The notes below the pieces were generated by a model. It worked only from the letters and a program-made list of their open reading frames with translations, had not been told where the DNA came from and searched no databases. The translations under genes and the position numbers were made by a program. From Octopus bimaculoides (lineage: Eukaryota), in contig NC_068981.1 in NCBI RefSeq assembly GCF_001194135.2, positions 187,579,579-187,643,578 of the forward strand: a stretch of DNA of 64,000 nt, written 5' to 3'. Shown piece after piece: positions 13,557 through 27,289 of this stretch; position 1 is the first letter of the stretch; each line of letters begins with the position of its first letter.

Positions 13557-13989
13557 TCAGTTTGTTGTCCAACATTATTTTGATATTCCTCCGGTTTCCC
13601 TAAACCAGCACCTGCATTTTGTATGAAGGGGCCATACTTTCTGGCTGTTTCTATTTATCGTATTTGATACCATAAAAGATGCACGAGCATATTAGACGCA
13701 ACTCAATTTCAGTAACACATATTCAGAGAAAACCCTTTTTCGTGCATTCAAGGGAAGGCCCAACTTCGCATGTAGAACCTAGGGTGATGTTTTGAGACAT
13801 TTATTTGGGACAAAAAGTGCGGTTTATGTGCCCTGAAATAACGTATATTTGTGGATTTCCATCCTGTTGTCATCGAACTGAGAAGGAATTTATAAGAGGT
13901 TCCTCTGTATTTACAGTATTCTCAGCAATACATATTTAAAACGTCAATGTATATTTTTTCATATGGTTCAGACTTTTCCTTTCGACGTT

Positions 13990-14620
13990 TTCTTTTACAT
14001 AAGGTTTTTTCGGTTTGACAAAGCAATTTAGTTAACTTGGTCATAATCTTCTACTTTAGGTTGAGTATGAGGAATAGATTGCTTCAGTTGACTTTTAAAC
14101 ATTTTCCATTTTGCTTTCCTAAAAATAGCAAAAAGGATTCTTTATAACAGTGATAGTTAAGATCTATCCTACAATCTTTGGCGTGGAGTTGGGTTTAGGG
14201 TAATTTGGGTAACATCTTATACATTGCTATTTGATTACTAGATGTTATGTTGGGGCTGTATCCACGTTTCCAACATCCAATGTTGAATGATTTTGCATAT
14301 CTAGCATTAAGACGAAATGGTTGCTTTCTTCTCAGGAATAAACTTCTTTTCCATCCGAGTTAATAAGTTGGCTATCCCATTGATTATTATGGCGAGTAAA
14401 ATTTCCAGTGATAAATCCTAGGTCTGATAAGTTTTTAAGTGGCACTCCAGAAATCCGGTGTTTTATAGATACATATAATTACGGCTTTTACCAAATCCAA
14501 CTGCATCTTTATGATAGTGTTACTTCTGTTGCCATGCTTATAATGGAATTCCTGTTTTTCATAGATATTGCACTTTCATATTTCTTACGTGCTTGTTCAT
14601 TTGCTATAAGCCTTACCTTC
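13990..14620 (-). pseudogene. Decayed non-LTR retrotransposon APE endonuclease region
   Basis: Minus-strand GNFTRHNNQWDSQLINSDGKEV resembles GDFNxHxxxWGxxxxNxxG; downstream FRKAKWKMF resembles NFRKADW. Confidence 0.55.
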
Positions 14621-14889
14621 ATTTAATAATTTAAGATCTAACGTTCTGTCGTCCTCTGCACGTTACGATCTTATTGCTATATCCATGCCTTTAATTCTAT
14701 GCCTGTTGTTCAGAATGCCTTCATGTCTTTCCATATTTCATAAACTGATTGTTCAGTTGTCTTAACGTAACACTTAATTTTAGATCTGATGTTCTTTGGG
14801 CCAGTTTGAGTTTCTTGTAAGATTTGTTTCATATGACTTTGTTCCAAAAAGGCTAGAGACCACTGTAGAATAAAGGGCTACAAAGAAAA

Positions 14890-15240
14890 AGAAAGGGCCT
14901 ACAAATTCAAATGATATCGATTAACAGAGAGATAAAAAGACTGAATATCATAGTTTAGAGGAAACCGAGACGATGGTTGTGAGTTCCAGAGAATAGCAGT
15001 TTGAGGAAAGAAGGTATTAGAATAAAAGGACTTATGACTGACAAGACGCTCAACAGAGAAATGATGCACCTGGAAAGGTAAGCGGTGACTCGTTAAAGGT
15101 CTTGACAGAAGCTTTATTAGAGGAATGACCATAGAAATACTTATAGGAAAGTCAGTCACGTCGGAAGTTTTTGCTTTATTTTGCAAATGGATGATGGCAT
15201 GTATTCTTTCATTAAAGAACATCCTTCAAAGTTTATTGAT
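14890..15240 (-). pseudogene. CR1/L2-group LINE ORF2 C-terminal remnant
   Basis: YSNTFFPQTAILWNSQPSSRFPLNYDIQSFYLSVNRY resembles SFFPRTxxLWNSLPxxVFPxxYNLxxFKxxVNRHL; YKYFYGH in an adjacent frame. Confidence 0.8.
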
Positions 15241-16575
15241 AAGACAGTTATCTATGATTTTATTTTGTTCAGAAATCACCAATCCGTTGCTATCATGTTA
15301 AACTGTCGTATGTCCAAATTTGGCCAAATGCATTTTTTTTTCAGTATTTAATTAGCCCGTTCTTTGGATCAAACTATCGTACCTCCAGCTGCTTCAGATG
15401 CCAAGATATGAAAATTGTCAAAGTGTAGTACAACAGTTTAGCATTTTTCAAAAGTGTAGTAAGTCTTATATAGGACAATTTTGCAAAAATATTTCTGACT
15501 GAAAATATCTGAAAATATCATACATGCATTTTATGTACCCAACAAAGTATTATCGTTAAGCTGAAACTGCTGCTAATCTAAAAAGAAATGGAACGGTGAA
15601 ACTATTTTTTCGTTTTCTGAAAAATTAACGTTTTTGACTTACGACACTTTTTGCATAATAGCAACGAATTATTGTTTAGAAAAGAGTTAGACTGAAAGAG
15701 TGAAAAATATTGCACAATTAAGTTTGGTACAATTCTTTGGAAATTTCTGACAGGAGCAGTGACAGGAATGCTTGAANNNNNNNNNNNNNNNNNNNNNNNN
15801 NNNNNNNNNNNNNNNNNNNNNNNNNNNNNNNNNNNNNNNNNNNNNNNNNNNNNNNNNNNNNNNNNNNNNNNNNNNNNNNNNNNNNNNNNNNNNNNNNNNN
15901 NNNNNNNNNNNNNNNNNNNNNNNNNNNNNNNNNNNNNNNNNNNNNNNNNNNNNNNNNNNNNNNNNNNNNNNNNNNNNNNNNNNNNNNNNNNNNNNNNNNN
16001 NNNNNNNNNNNNNNNNNNNNNNNNNNNNNNNNNNNNNNNNNNNNNNNNNNNNNNNNNNNNNNNNNNNNNNNNNNNNNNNNNNNNNNNNNNNNNNNNNNNN
16101 NNNNNNNNNNNNNNNNNNNNNNNNNNNNNNNNNNNNNNNNNNNNNNNNNNNNNNNNNNNNNNNNNNNNNNNNNNNNNNNNNNNNNNNNNNNNNNNNNNNN
16201 NNNNNNNNNNNNNNNNNNNNNNNNNNNNNNNNNNNNNNNNNNNNNNNNNNNNNNNNNNNNNNNNNNNNNNNNNNNNNNNNNNNNNNNNNNNNNNNNNNNN
16301 NNNNNNNNNNNNNNNNNNNNNNNNNNNNNNNNNNNNNNNNNNNNNNNNNNNNNNNNNNNNNNNNNNNNNNNNNNNNNNNNNNNNNNNNNNNNNNNNNNNN
16401 NNNNNNNNNNNNNNNNNNNNNNNNNNNNNNNNNNNNNNNNNNNNNNNNNNNNNNNNNNNNNNNNNNNNNNNNNNNNNNNNNNNNNNNNNNNNNNNNNNNN
16501 NNNNNNNNNNNNNNNNNNNNNNNNNNNNNNNNNNNNNNNNNNNNNNNNNNNNNNNNNNNNNNNNNNNNNNNNNNN

Positions 16576-16622
<47 letters not shown>

Positions 16623-17739
16623 AGAATGATAGATAGCTCGATAGATTAAACAACTTGATAGATAGGTAAATAGATATCGATATATAAACACATAATGTCT
16701 GAATATTTGCGTATAAAATACTAAGATAAAATATTTCTCAGTCGGCAGAAGACATAACTCTTATTTTAGTATCTAGATTTGAGTTTTGAACTTCACACTA
16801 CTTCTAAACAATTTTGAAAAGTACTCTGATAGTATAACTACGATGTTGATAATAACTACACTTAGCAAGCGACAAGATCAAGAACAGTTTTTCTATACCT
16901 GATACTTTATCCTAATTTAAATGTTTTTGTTAAAAAAGAAAAAAGAAAAAAAACTCCTGGATTAAGACGTAGTTTGTTATCAGAAATGGCTTTTATCTTG
17001 TCTGTTAGTTGGAGGCCGTCATGATTATTTTAAAACGATTTATAGCTATTTTAGTATCGGAATATAAAACGATCAAACGTAACACTTCAAAAGTGTCGGT
17101 CCAGATTTAACTTAAAAAACTAAATAAATCCCAGCCATCGTCTTTAATGAACCAAAGATATAATTTTTGAGAAATCTTAGATCATTTGTTTTATTTATCG
17201 TATCAAGTTGACAGTTCTCTCACAATTATGTATCAGATGTTTGTCGCAATGTATCGTAGTTATCTCTTTAATATCCAGACTTACATATCAGCTGTTTGTG
17301 GAGTCAGTGGTTCGTATCACGTTCATGCAACGCTCTAACCAATTAATAGAGCTAAATATCATAGCTAAAGGCCGTAAAATTGGTAAATATTTGTCGCTGT
17401 TATTGTTGTTTAGCCTCAAGGTTAGTCTCATTGAAGCTGACAAGATTAACGGTAAATCAATCGAGGCTGTTCGATCTTTTGTTGTATGTTCAATAGATCA
17501 ATTTTTAAAAGAGAATATAATATGATTTGTGAAAGATTTTGCTGTTATTTCTATAGAATGGACGGCCAATTAGAGGCTCCTTGGTTGACCAGTCCGGTGA
17601 ACAAATATCTCTTTATGTCCGTAGAAAGAGAAATGGTCACGATTCACTCTTATTCACGTATGTAAATATTACAGTAAGTCTTCTATTCTTTGCCAATGAC
17701 CCGATATGTTAGACAGTATTATTAGCCATTAACTTATTA

Positions 17740-18165
17740 ACTTAAAGGCTTTTATAGGCCTTAGAATATAAGTTCGGGCAAGAGAACAAAGTTTATTCCC
17801 CCAAGAAGCGAAATCTCACGCTTCAGAAAGACTCATTCACCAAATCATATGTTCTATTGGGGCTGCAGGATATTAGGCTCTCCTTCCCAACAGTATGATA
17901 TTTATTCCATTATTTGAACTCTTTTTAGCATTTACTGACTAGGTTCATCAATAGTTTCTTCGTATTTCATTACTTTAGAACTACAGTGTGTGACAACATC
18001 GCATGTTGTCACTCAAAGAAAACCTTTTGGATGTTTGACTCACAAATTTCCTTAGAGAAAGAAATTAAACGATGTCCATTAGAACTTTATCCGAAATGTG
18101 TCAAGTGTTATTTCGGGTACCACAAGGTACCATATTGCAACGGTTTTCTTCCACTTTTCTCATCA
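17740..18165 (+). pseudogene. Highly decayed CR1-like reverse transcriptase remnant
   Basis: NFLRERN*TMSIRTLSEMCQVLFRVPQGTIL..FLIM resembles FLxDRxQxV..LSExxxVxSGVPQGTVLGPLLFLI. Confidence 0.45.
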
Positions 18166-19576
18166 TGTAGTTGGGTGTGTTAAAATGTCCAATCTTCTAA
18201 GCTCAACAATTACGATTAAATAACTAACACATTCTCTTCATATTACTGATAAAACATCTAAACGCCATTATAATTTCTGTACCATACTATAAGTAAAGAT
18301 CTCTTAGCTAGCACACATACTCAACATAAACAAACCTGTCCCACATAAATTAGCTATTCTCTTCACAAAATACTTCAGCTCAACAACTATGAACTCTCTA
18401 GAAGTCAAAGGTGGCACCTATAATGGCGCATCGTTGCTACATCTAAGACAGTGCAATTAAAACACATACATACACTATTATCAGCCCTCTGTTCAGAAAC
18501 AGGTTTGGATTTAAAGGCATAAAAGACAGAATTGCCATCGAAAAGAGCACCGAATTCCTCGTTTTTCTTCGAATGTTCAAAGAAGATTTCTCAATATATT
18601 CTTTGCAAGTGTGTTTACCAGGAAATTTAGTTCTATGCAATAATCGCGCTGCTACATTCACATGGATATCAGAATGGTAGAAAAGATATATCACATTAAT
18701 ATAAGAGGATAATATTTGTAGTATCATATTAAATATATTAATATATCAAATCTGGCAAAAATGGAAATGATAATAAAATCGAGGTCTTTTTATTGACTTC
18801 TATAATATTCAGAAAAAGGGAGTATTCATGAATTCTATAAAGTTTCCTTATAAAACATTAGAGATTTGGTAAATATATGAACTGTAAATCCAATAACATG
18901 GAACCGTTTTTGATTATTCTGTAGAGAAAGAAAGAATAAGTTTCCGTGTAAAATTCTTGCGACAGTTCTTTACACAAACAATTATATGCAAACAGTCGGG
19001 ATGTTTTAAATATCAATACATTTTAAAGGTTTGGTACTTTCAGTAGAATTGTGTTACAATCAATAATAGCACGAGGTTTCTGGTTATCTTGAAGAGAAAT
19101 TCTGCTTTATGGTTAAACGCTCTGATATCATTGCTAGCTTCACTAACTGGACATAAACCAAATTATCGGTATGTGATCGATTCGGCAATTAAGTTTATTT
19201 TGATTTCTTTTCGAGACTTAAGCTGGAATCTATACATAATGGATGACATCGATTTTGCAAATTTATAAAGGAATCTAATTTTGACAATACTGTGTAAATC
19301 TGATAAATCTACAGTAAAGCTAATGCATATTGTAGTCACCGAAATATAATTTGATGCGTTACATTAAACCTGGTGTTCATAAATTCAATAAGATTTTGAG
19401 CCTTTATATTTCCAACAATATATTTGTATATCACTGCGGCGTTTTATGTTTGATTTTGACGCTAATTTTTAAAAATTCGTATCGAATGCTTTTTGTTCTG
19501 TTTTTCACGATAGATTTGTCTCGGGTTCGTAATATTATCAGGGAGAAACTGTTCTTAACATTGGTTTCGAATTTAG

Positions 19577-20003
19577 GCGATGAGCTGGCAGAAGCGTTAG
19601 CACGCCGGGCGAAATGCTTAGCGGTATTTCGTCGGCCTTTACGTTGTAAGTTCAAATTCCGCCGAGGTCGACTTTGCCTTTCATCCTTTCAGGGTTGATA
19701 AATTAAGTACCAGTTGCGTACTGGGGTCGATCTAATCGACTGACCCCCCTCCCACCAAAAATTTCGGGCATTGTGCCTAGAGTAGAAAAGAATATTGGTT
19801 TCGAATTTTGGCACAAGGCCGGCAAGTGCATGGGAAAGGATACGTCGATTACATCGACTCTAGTGTTTAACTGGTACATATTTTATCGACCATAAAAGGA
19901 TGAAAGGCAAATCGACTTCGGTGGAATTTGAAACCAGAACGGACGAGATGCTGTTAAGCATTTTTCCGGGTGTGCTAACAATTCCGCCAGCTCGTTACCC
20001 TAA
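19577..20003. mobile_element. SINE B plus copy (19577-19792) abutting a minus copy (19793-20003)
   Basis: Family B core on both strands. Confidence 0.85.
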
Positions 20004-21039
20004 GGTAATTCTTACTATCGATTTCTAAAATTAATGTCTTATTTATCACCTTCGAAAGGATGAAATGCAAGGTTGAACGTGGTGGTATTCGAAATAAACT
20101 TGACGGTACAAAATATTATTATAAAGCAGTTTGTCCGATGCTCTACAGATTCTGTCACTTGGTTTCATTCCACTATTTTTAATATAAATAAATAAAGGTT
20201 CTGCTATACTTTTACAAGAAGAGTGCTGACAATGACTTCAAAATCCCGTAGTTTCGAAGTTTCGACCTGCTAGACAACATCGGACTGTCTGTTGAAAGCT
20301 AGCAGACTGAAACTTCGAAATCACTTCGTTTTATAGTATAACAAATGTGTACTCTACAAAGAGTAGTGAGCAATTGATTAGTTTAATGTAAAAGTGTTTT
20401 TATTATAACTCGACATAAAAACAAACATTAATATGAATAAATGCTCTTGCAATTTCATTGATCGTGTGATAAGGAGAGTTATGATACTAAAGAAATGATC
20501 TTCTTGTTCGGAAGTCGCATGCAATACACCATTAGATTCAGATCAATACAAGTTCGAACATAATTTATTTTTATATCCATAATCAAATTTTAATTCCTAC
20601 ATTAAATAGTTTCCGTACAATGGTATTGCTGTTACCTTAGCTTGGCGAATTACCTAGTCAAGCATTTTGGAAGATTTATTTGTGTAGAGCTGAAGAAAAA
20701 AGATTCTTCCGGAGCTAATCTGAAAGGCTTCAATGAACTTAATTTGGAAAAAGAAAATCTTACCATTTTTATATTTCAGACTGAGACCGTTCTGGGGCAA
20801 GAACTTGCAGCCTTCAAGTTAAACAAATCAACCTTAGTACTTATTTAAAAAAAAATCTCGTACTTATTGTATCATCTTTTTCTCAAACCGGGGGGTGGGG
20901 TGGGGGTGGGGGGTGCGGAAACGTAAACAAACCAGCGGCAGTTGTCATGTGGCGGTGGTGGTGGGAAGAAACACCCCCGCCCCACATATATATGTGTGTT
21001 TGTGTGTATGTATAGATATATATATATATATGTATATAA

Positions 21040-21256
21040 GGTGGCGAGCTGGCAGAATCGTTAGCACGCTGGGCGAAACGCTTTGCAGTATTTCGTCTGC
21101 CGTTACATACTGAGTTCTAATTCAGCAGATGTCGACTTTGGCTTTCATCCTCTCGGGGTCGATTACATAAGTACCAGTTACGCTCTCGGGTGATGTAATC
21201 GACTTAATCCCATTGTCTGTCCTCTCTATGTTTAGCTCCCTGTGGGCAATAAATAA
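21040..21256 (+). mobile_element. SINE family B
   Basis: Match to family consensus by eye. Confidence 0.85.
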
Positions 21257-21314
21257 ATAAATATATATATATGTATGTATAGATACACACATATATGTAC
21301 GATGAGATTCCGCA

Positions 21315-21438
21315 CAGTTTCTCACAAAGCATTGGTTGGCTAGGGGCTATAGTAAAAGACGCTTTCCAAAGTTGTCGCATACTGGAACTGAACTCGAAAC
21401 CAGGTAGTTGTGAAGCAAACTTTTTAACCATACATCTA
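21315..21438 (-). mobile_element. SINE family A, 5' part, decayed
   Basis: Reverse complement of head and core. Confidence 0.6.
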
Positions 21439-22199
21439 TGTTCTGCACCAAGCTATGTCAACAAAGCATTTAAACAGTTCTATGTATATGTAACTAAATT
21501 TAATCGAAATTGTAATTGTTTCGCTGTATTTCTTTCAATTACATGCAAGTCTGAGGCAATTTTATGAACATAATTTAATGTTTTTGTTCCGTTTATTTCT
21601 ATCTAATAAATAGTTTTGATCCCAATTAGCAACTTTTAATAACTGTTTAACACGATATTTTGTCACGGAAGGTAGATTTTATCGGCTGACTAATAACATT
21701 CGTAAAATAACAAAATATCGTGGCACGGAAATATTAAGATACGTTCGTGTGATTATAGTTTTGAAAGATTTATTGCACAATTAAATATTAATTTCCTTGA
21801 TGATTGACTTTCCCCTCGATAGTTCCATTATTTTGGTTTTGGAATGATATTTTTCCGAATGCCAGAGACTCTAACCATCTGTTAGGTTTTCATTGGTATT
21901 AAGTGTATGTTCACTGAGAAAAATTCCATAGAATGAGAATTAATGTACAACTCCCTGTTGGGAACAGTTTTCTCTGTTTAACAATAGCCAATATAAATGT
22001 TAGTTGGATGGTTGGTTGGCTGGTTTGATGGTTAGTTGATTGCGCCAGCCACGCTGTGCTGCAGGTATTGAGAGGGAATGAGAGGGAGAGAGAAAGAGAG
22101 AGTGAGCAAATGAAAACATAAAGCAGAGAGAGAGAGAGAGGAGGGAAGAGAGAAAGAGAGCGAGAATTAACATAAGAGGATGAGTACCCATATTACATT

Positions 22200-22428
22200 T
22201 CTTTACTGCCCACAAGGGGCTACACACAGAGGGGACAAACAAGGACAGACAAACGGATTAAGTCGATTATATCGACCTCAGTGCGTAACTGGTACTTATT
22301 TATTCGACCCCGAAAGGATGAAAGGCAAAGTCGACCTCGGCGGAATTTGAACTCAGAACGTAGCGGCAGACGAAATACCGCTAAGCATTTCGCCCGGTGT
22401 GCTAACGGTTCTGCCAGCTCGCCGCCTT
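22200..22428 (-). mobile_element. SINE family B, young-looking
   Basis: Near-consensus reverse-complement match. Confidence 0.9.
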
Positions 22429-22481
22429 TGAGTACACATATTAGACTCGGTGGTAGACGATGACAATAGGAACGATAAGGA

Positions 22482-22797
22482 GCACTCCGTCGGTTACGAC
22501 GAGGAGGGCCCCAGCTGATACAATCAACGGAACAGTGTGCTTATGAAATTAACGTGCAAGTGACTGAGCAATCCACAGACACGTGTACTCCCCCCAATGT
22601 AGTTCTCAGGGAGGCTCAGCGTGACACAAGGCCGGCCCTTTGAAATACAGGTACTCCTCATTTTTGCCAGCTGAGTGCACTGGAGCAACGTGAAATAAAG
22701 TGTTTTGCTCAAAGACACAACGCGTCGCCGGGAATCGAACTCACGACCTCACGATCGTGAGCCGAGTGCCCTAACCACTAAGCCACGCGCCTTCACT
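22482..22797 (-). mobile_element. SINE family C variant with perfect 13-bp TSD
   Basis: tRNA-like head, 3' end shared with 6763-7150; TSD AATAGGAACGATA at 22465-22477 and 22798-22810. Confidence 0.9.
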
Positions 22798-23029
22798 AAT
22801 AGGAACGATACACACAGGGGGAAATAAAAACTCATAAAGACAGATGGAGAGAAGGAAGCGGCGTAAATGACAGAGTAGTTTTGGGAGGAGAAATATATAT
22901 TAGAAATTTGTTTTATTTAATTTAAGGCACTAAATATTTTGCTCTTGAAAATATATATTCACTTTATTATTTTGTATAAACACCAAGAAATTTGGATGAA
23001 ATTTAAACTATAGAACTTCCCGACAACAT

Positions 23030-23390
23030 AGTTCAGGGTGCAGTCCCACTGCGTGGTACAGTGGGGGAGTGTCTTCTACTACGGCTCCCCCATCCTCGGG
23101 CCACCAAAGACTTGGACTTGTAAGTTGAGATTTGGTAGACGGAAACTGAAAGAAGCCCGTTGTGTACAGCTCTGTGTGTGTGCGTGTGTGTGTGTGCGTG
23201 TGTGTGTGTGTGTGTGTGTTTGTCTATGTTTGTACCCCTTCACTGATTGACAACCGGTGTTGGCGTGTTTACGTTCCCGTGATTAGCGGTTCGGCAAAAG
23301 AAACGATATAATAAGTATACTGGAATCGATTAGTTCGACTAAAATTCAGCACGGCTGGAGCCTACTGATGGAAAGAAGTAAACGATAAAA
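23030..23390 (+). mobile_element. SINE family A, 5'-truncated
   Basis: Core, (TG)n and tail present. Confidence 0.75.
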
Positions 23391-23395
23391 TATTA

Positions 23396-23431
<36 letters not shown>

Positions 23432-23652
23432 TGTATGTATGTATGTATGTATGTATGTATGTGTGTATGTGTGTATTGGAAAATTAAGACAAACACGAGC
23501 ATAAATAGTTAGTCCCTACGTACGTTCCACCATTGCGGTTATTTGGACGTCATCATTGGGTACTCCAAGTGCGTTTGGATACCTAACCAGAACGGATCAT
23601 CAGGAGAACTAGTGTACTGCATTCTGTTACAGAGATCGAGCACACACGTACG

Positions 23653-23732
<80 letters not shown>

Positions 23733-23954
23733 ATTAAGTGGTGGCTGGTTGCGATGCCGGTGATCTTCAGGCTTGCGTAGTAGCCTGAGCTCTTTTACAC
23801 AGTTATCAAGATTTTGCTATCACATCGTCTAAATGTATTAATTAAATTTTCGAATATTAATTGAAATATGAATATTCATTCATATTCCGCTGTAAAAAAC
23901 AACCTGTCATTCACAAGCAAATTTCACTTTTCAATAATATGTCCTATGCTATCT

Positions 23955-24160
23955 AGGCGGTGAGCTTGAAGAACTGTTACCGCAACGGGAAAATGCTTCG
24001 CAGGTCTTTTTCTGGTTTCGTGTTCTAGTCCAATTCCGTCGAGGCTGATTTGCCTCTCATCCTTCAGGGTCGATAAAATGAGTACCAGTTGAACCCTGAG
24101 GTCGATGTAATCGCCCCTCCTCCGAAATAGTTGACATTGTGCTAAAATTTGAAATCCATA
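23955..24160 (+). mobile_element. SINE family B, decayed
   Basis: Core CATCCTTCAGGGTCGATAAAATGAGTACCAG. Confidence 0.75.
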
Positions 24161-25289
24161 TGTTCTATGCTATCACTAATTGTTTTAGGTTCCTTTGTAG
24201 TAACCTGCATGTATAGATACTATTTGGAACCTATTATTCTTTACCCAGGGAACATCGCGGATGTGACAGCCGGGTGGGGGAGAGAAAGAAAGATGGCAGA
24301 AACAGCAGCCGGATAGTACTCCGCTTGAGCAACATAAAATTAAGTGCTTTGGTCAAAGGTACAATCCGGTCTAGGAATCGAACCCACAACATAACCCTTA
24401 TGATTGTGAAGTGAACGCCTATACCATTAGGCCAAGCGGCTTCAATATAACTTCAGTCTAAGCACTAATAACTTTTGAATCTTGCAATCTTTGTCATTTG
24501 TATACAAGGTTTTGATAAAAACAATTATGTTAGAACCAGAAGTTTATTCCAAAACAGGAAAAGGCTGTAACTGCGAATGTCACAGACATTAGACGGGCTG
24601 GATGCGATGTAATCTTAGACCTCTTGAAAAATTTTCATAACGTGGTTCATATATCACAAATTGGAATGTAATATCATGTTTATTACCTTGGTTCATTTCC
24701 TTCTATAAAGAGAATTTGCTTATTCCTAATTTGAGATGAAATTTACAATGAATAAACGTTTCTTATTTCAGGTAGTTCCAATATATGTTGCTGTAATACG
24801 TACTAGAACTTAAAATTTCTACGCGGCCTCTTTTCGCCGAAAGTAAAACCAAAAAAACAAGGTAAGAAAGATAACTCTTACAATTCATAATTAAATACAA
24901 CGAACAATAAAGTTTCACTTTAAATATAATAAAATATTTTAAACTCGTGAACACCTCTTAAACAGAATTCTTCCTTTAATATTGATAACAGCTGCTTGAC
25001 AATCCGAATAATAATGTATTTTACAGTATGTTGCGCTTGTAACATTTTACGGCTAAACTTAAAAACATGCGCTATAAGACTCGGACAAAAGCTGGCTTTA
25101 TATTCTCTATTCTGTCGCTGAGTCCAATCACTGAATTACAGTCGGGTCGGGTTTCAAAGGTTTTAAACACTTAAATTACCGTTAGGAATTATTTCAGTTT
25201 TGCATTTATTTTATCGATCTCTATCTAATTACTAAATCATGCGTTCGACATATAAGAAAACAACTTGACATTGGTTTACTCTGGCGTAT

Positions 25290-25760
25290 TGGATACTCGT
25301 CGTTTCGACGAATGAGAGTTCAACAGGATACAGCAGAACAGTATTCTTAGTTCAGTGTCTTGTCCTGTCGTCTCATACGGAAATTCAGACTGATCCAGGA
25401 CTGACAAATTCGGTTGCATACGTTGCAGCTGTGGTCTCCATCATTCGTGGGTAAATTTGACCCTGCTCCACGCTAGGTTCTTCTCTCCTTCAGAGCGTTG
25501 ATCATGGCTGACACATTGTCGGAGATGGTTGGCTACCAAGATCCTCTACACCGGACTCTATTCAGTGATACCGATTCTCATACCTTCAGGTTTATCTTGC
25601 AGGTTTTTAAGCAGATATTTAGTGTGTCTTTACAAAGATGCATGGCATCAAAGTTACACTCGTGTATCACACATATATGATGTGGATCTGCACAGCTTCT
25701 GTCGACTACCTTCCGTTGGTTTACCGGTGGTTACTGCAGAATGCACTTACCCCACTTCAA
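25290..25760 (-). pseudogene. RTE (BovB-like) LINE 3' end remnant
   Basis: Minus strand GKPTEGSRQKL..KDTLNICLKTCKINLKV*ESVSLNRVRCR and CNVCNRICQSWISLNFRMR match the RTE C-terminal YKDTLK..WE..A.DR..WR and CxxCxR..SRIGL.SH motifs. Confidence 0.75.
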
Positions 25761-26519
25761 TGTCAATGGCTTATATCTCAATTGCCACCCAATCGAGCAA
25801 CCAAATGTTGATTCTTTGTATCTGAAATACAATTTTCTAAACTGTCACAATATTGACATTCTTATTGCGCATTGTTAAAACAATGAAAATTAATTTTCCA
25901 TTCCTTAACTATACCTGTTGGGATCCATTATTCACAATAATAAAAGATATATTTATTCACAACCGTAATGTTATTTACAGCAATAAATGATATTATTTTT
26001 ATTATCTGTTGCATCAGCGATTAATCTTTTACTACTAGAAGTGGCTTTATTTGACATAGATTTTAATTCTTATCTTATTTGCCCAGAATCACTGCTTGAC
26101 TTGTTGAGGTTCGCTTTTGCTGTTTAGCAGTGACACCGTGACAATCACTGCTAGGCTTAGCTTTTGCCTCATACAGCGGTCTTGGGGTTGTCCCTGACGT
26201 TAATGCATAGACAGTGTTATCCACTGATTGCTTGTATGGAGAGAGTTCTGAGGCTTGTATTTTACCACGTTTTATAAATAGGTAAGGATGCTTATCCCTA
26301 CCCAAATTCCATTCTTATATTATTTGTGAATGGTGTAACTAGTTCAATGCTGTTCGTATAGTTTTATGTTATCAACGGATGTCATGCAGTAGGCTGGTGT
26401 CTAACAGGTGGACGGGGAACACATACGCCGGGAAACCGGGCCCATGAGCCTGGCTAGGCTTTAAAAGGGAGCATAAATAAATAAATAATATATATATATG
26501 CGGTGTATATATATATATA

Positions 26520-26606
<87 letters not shown>

Positions 26607-27289
26607 GCACGCATGCACAGACACAGACACACAGACAAGCACACACGCACATATGTATGAACATTTTTACTTCCATGATATAAATACGTAGATAGGCAGA
26701 TACAAAACACACAGTGCTCTAATAGCATTATGATTTCATTGAATGCCTGGCAATTTGTAATGTTTTTTTTCCATTCAGGCGTCAGAATGCTACTTCTTAT
26801 AATAAATCGATACTCATACCATCTGCTGATCAACAGAGAAAGTTCAGTTAATTATCTTAACCTCAGGCGCAACACAACGAAAGCAACAATCTACAACCTT
26901 AGTATCTATGCGGTGTTATGGTCTGGTGCTTTATTCTGTCATCCATTCCTTTTCACAACTATACACACAAACATACGTCAACACACTAAAGAGCTTAGTT
27001 AGGTAATTGAATGAAGTAGTTTTGCTTTTATGATATAATTATTTTTCAATGAACTTCTATAAATGCAAAATTACAATTATTTTCAATTCCACCAATTGAG
27101 TCTGGAGGGTAAAATAAAAAAAAAGATGTATATTTATATATTTATAACGTTTATCACTCTTCGCAACTTGATTATTGTATCTATTTACTACAGACATCGT
27201 AATAGAGTTCGTTGATTACAATATTCAAAAGTACTTAGCATTAGTCGGCTTAACACATCTCAAGTCTTTGTTTTTTTTTATAGAATCTA

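Noticed and set aside
26075-26305. 76-aa minus-strand ORF with protein-like composition
   Set aside because: No recognisable family or convincing minus-strand splice sites
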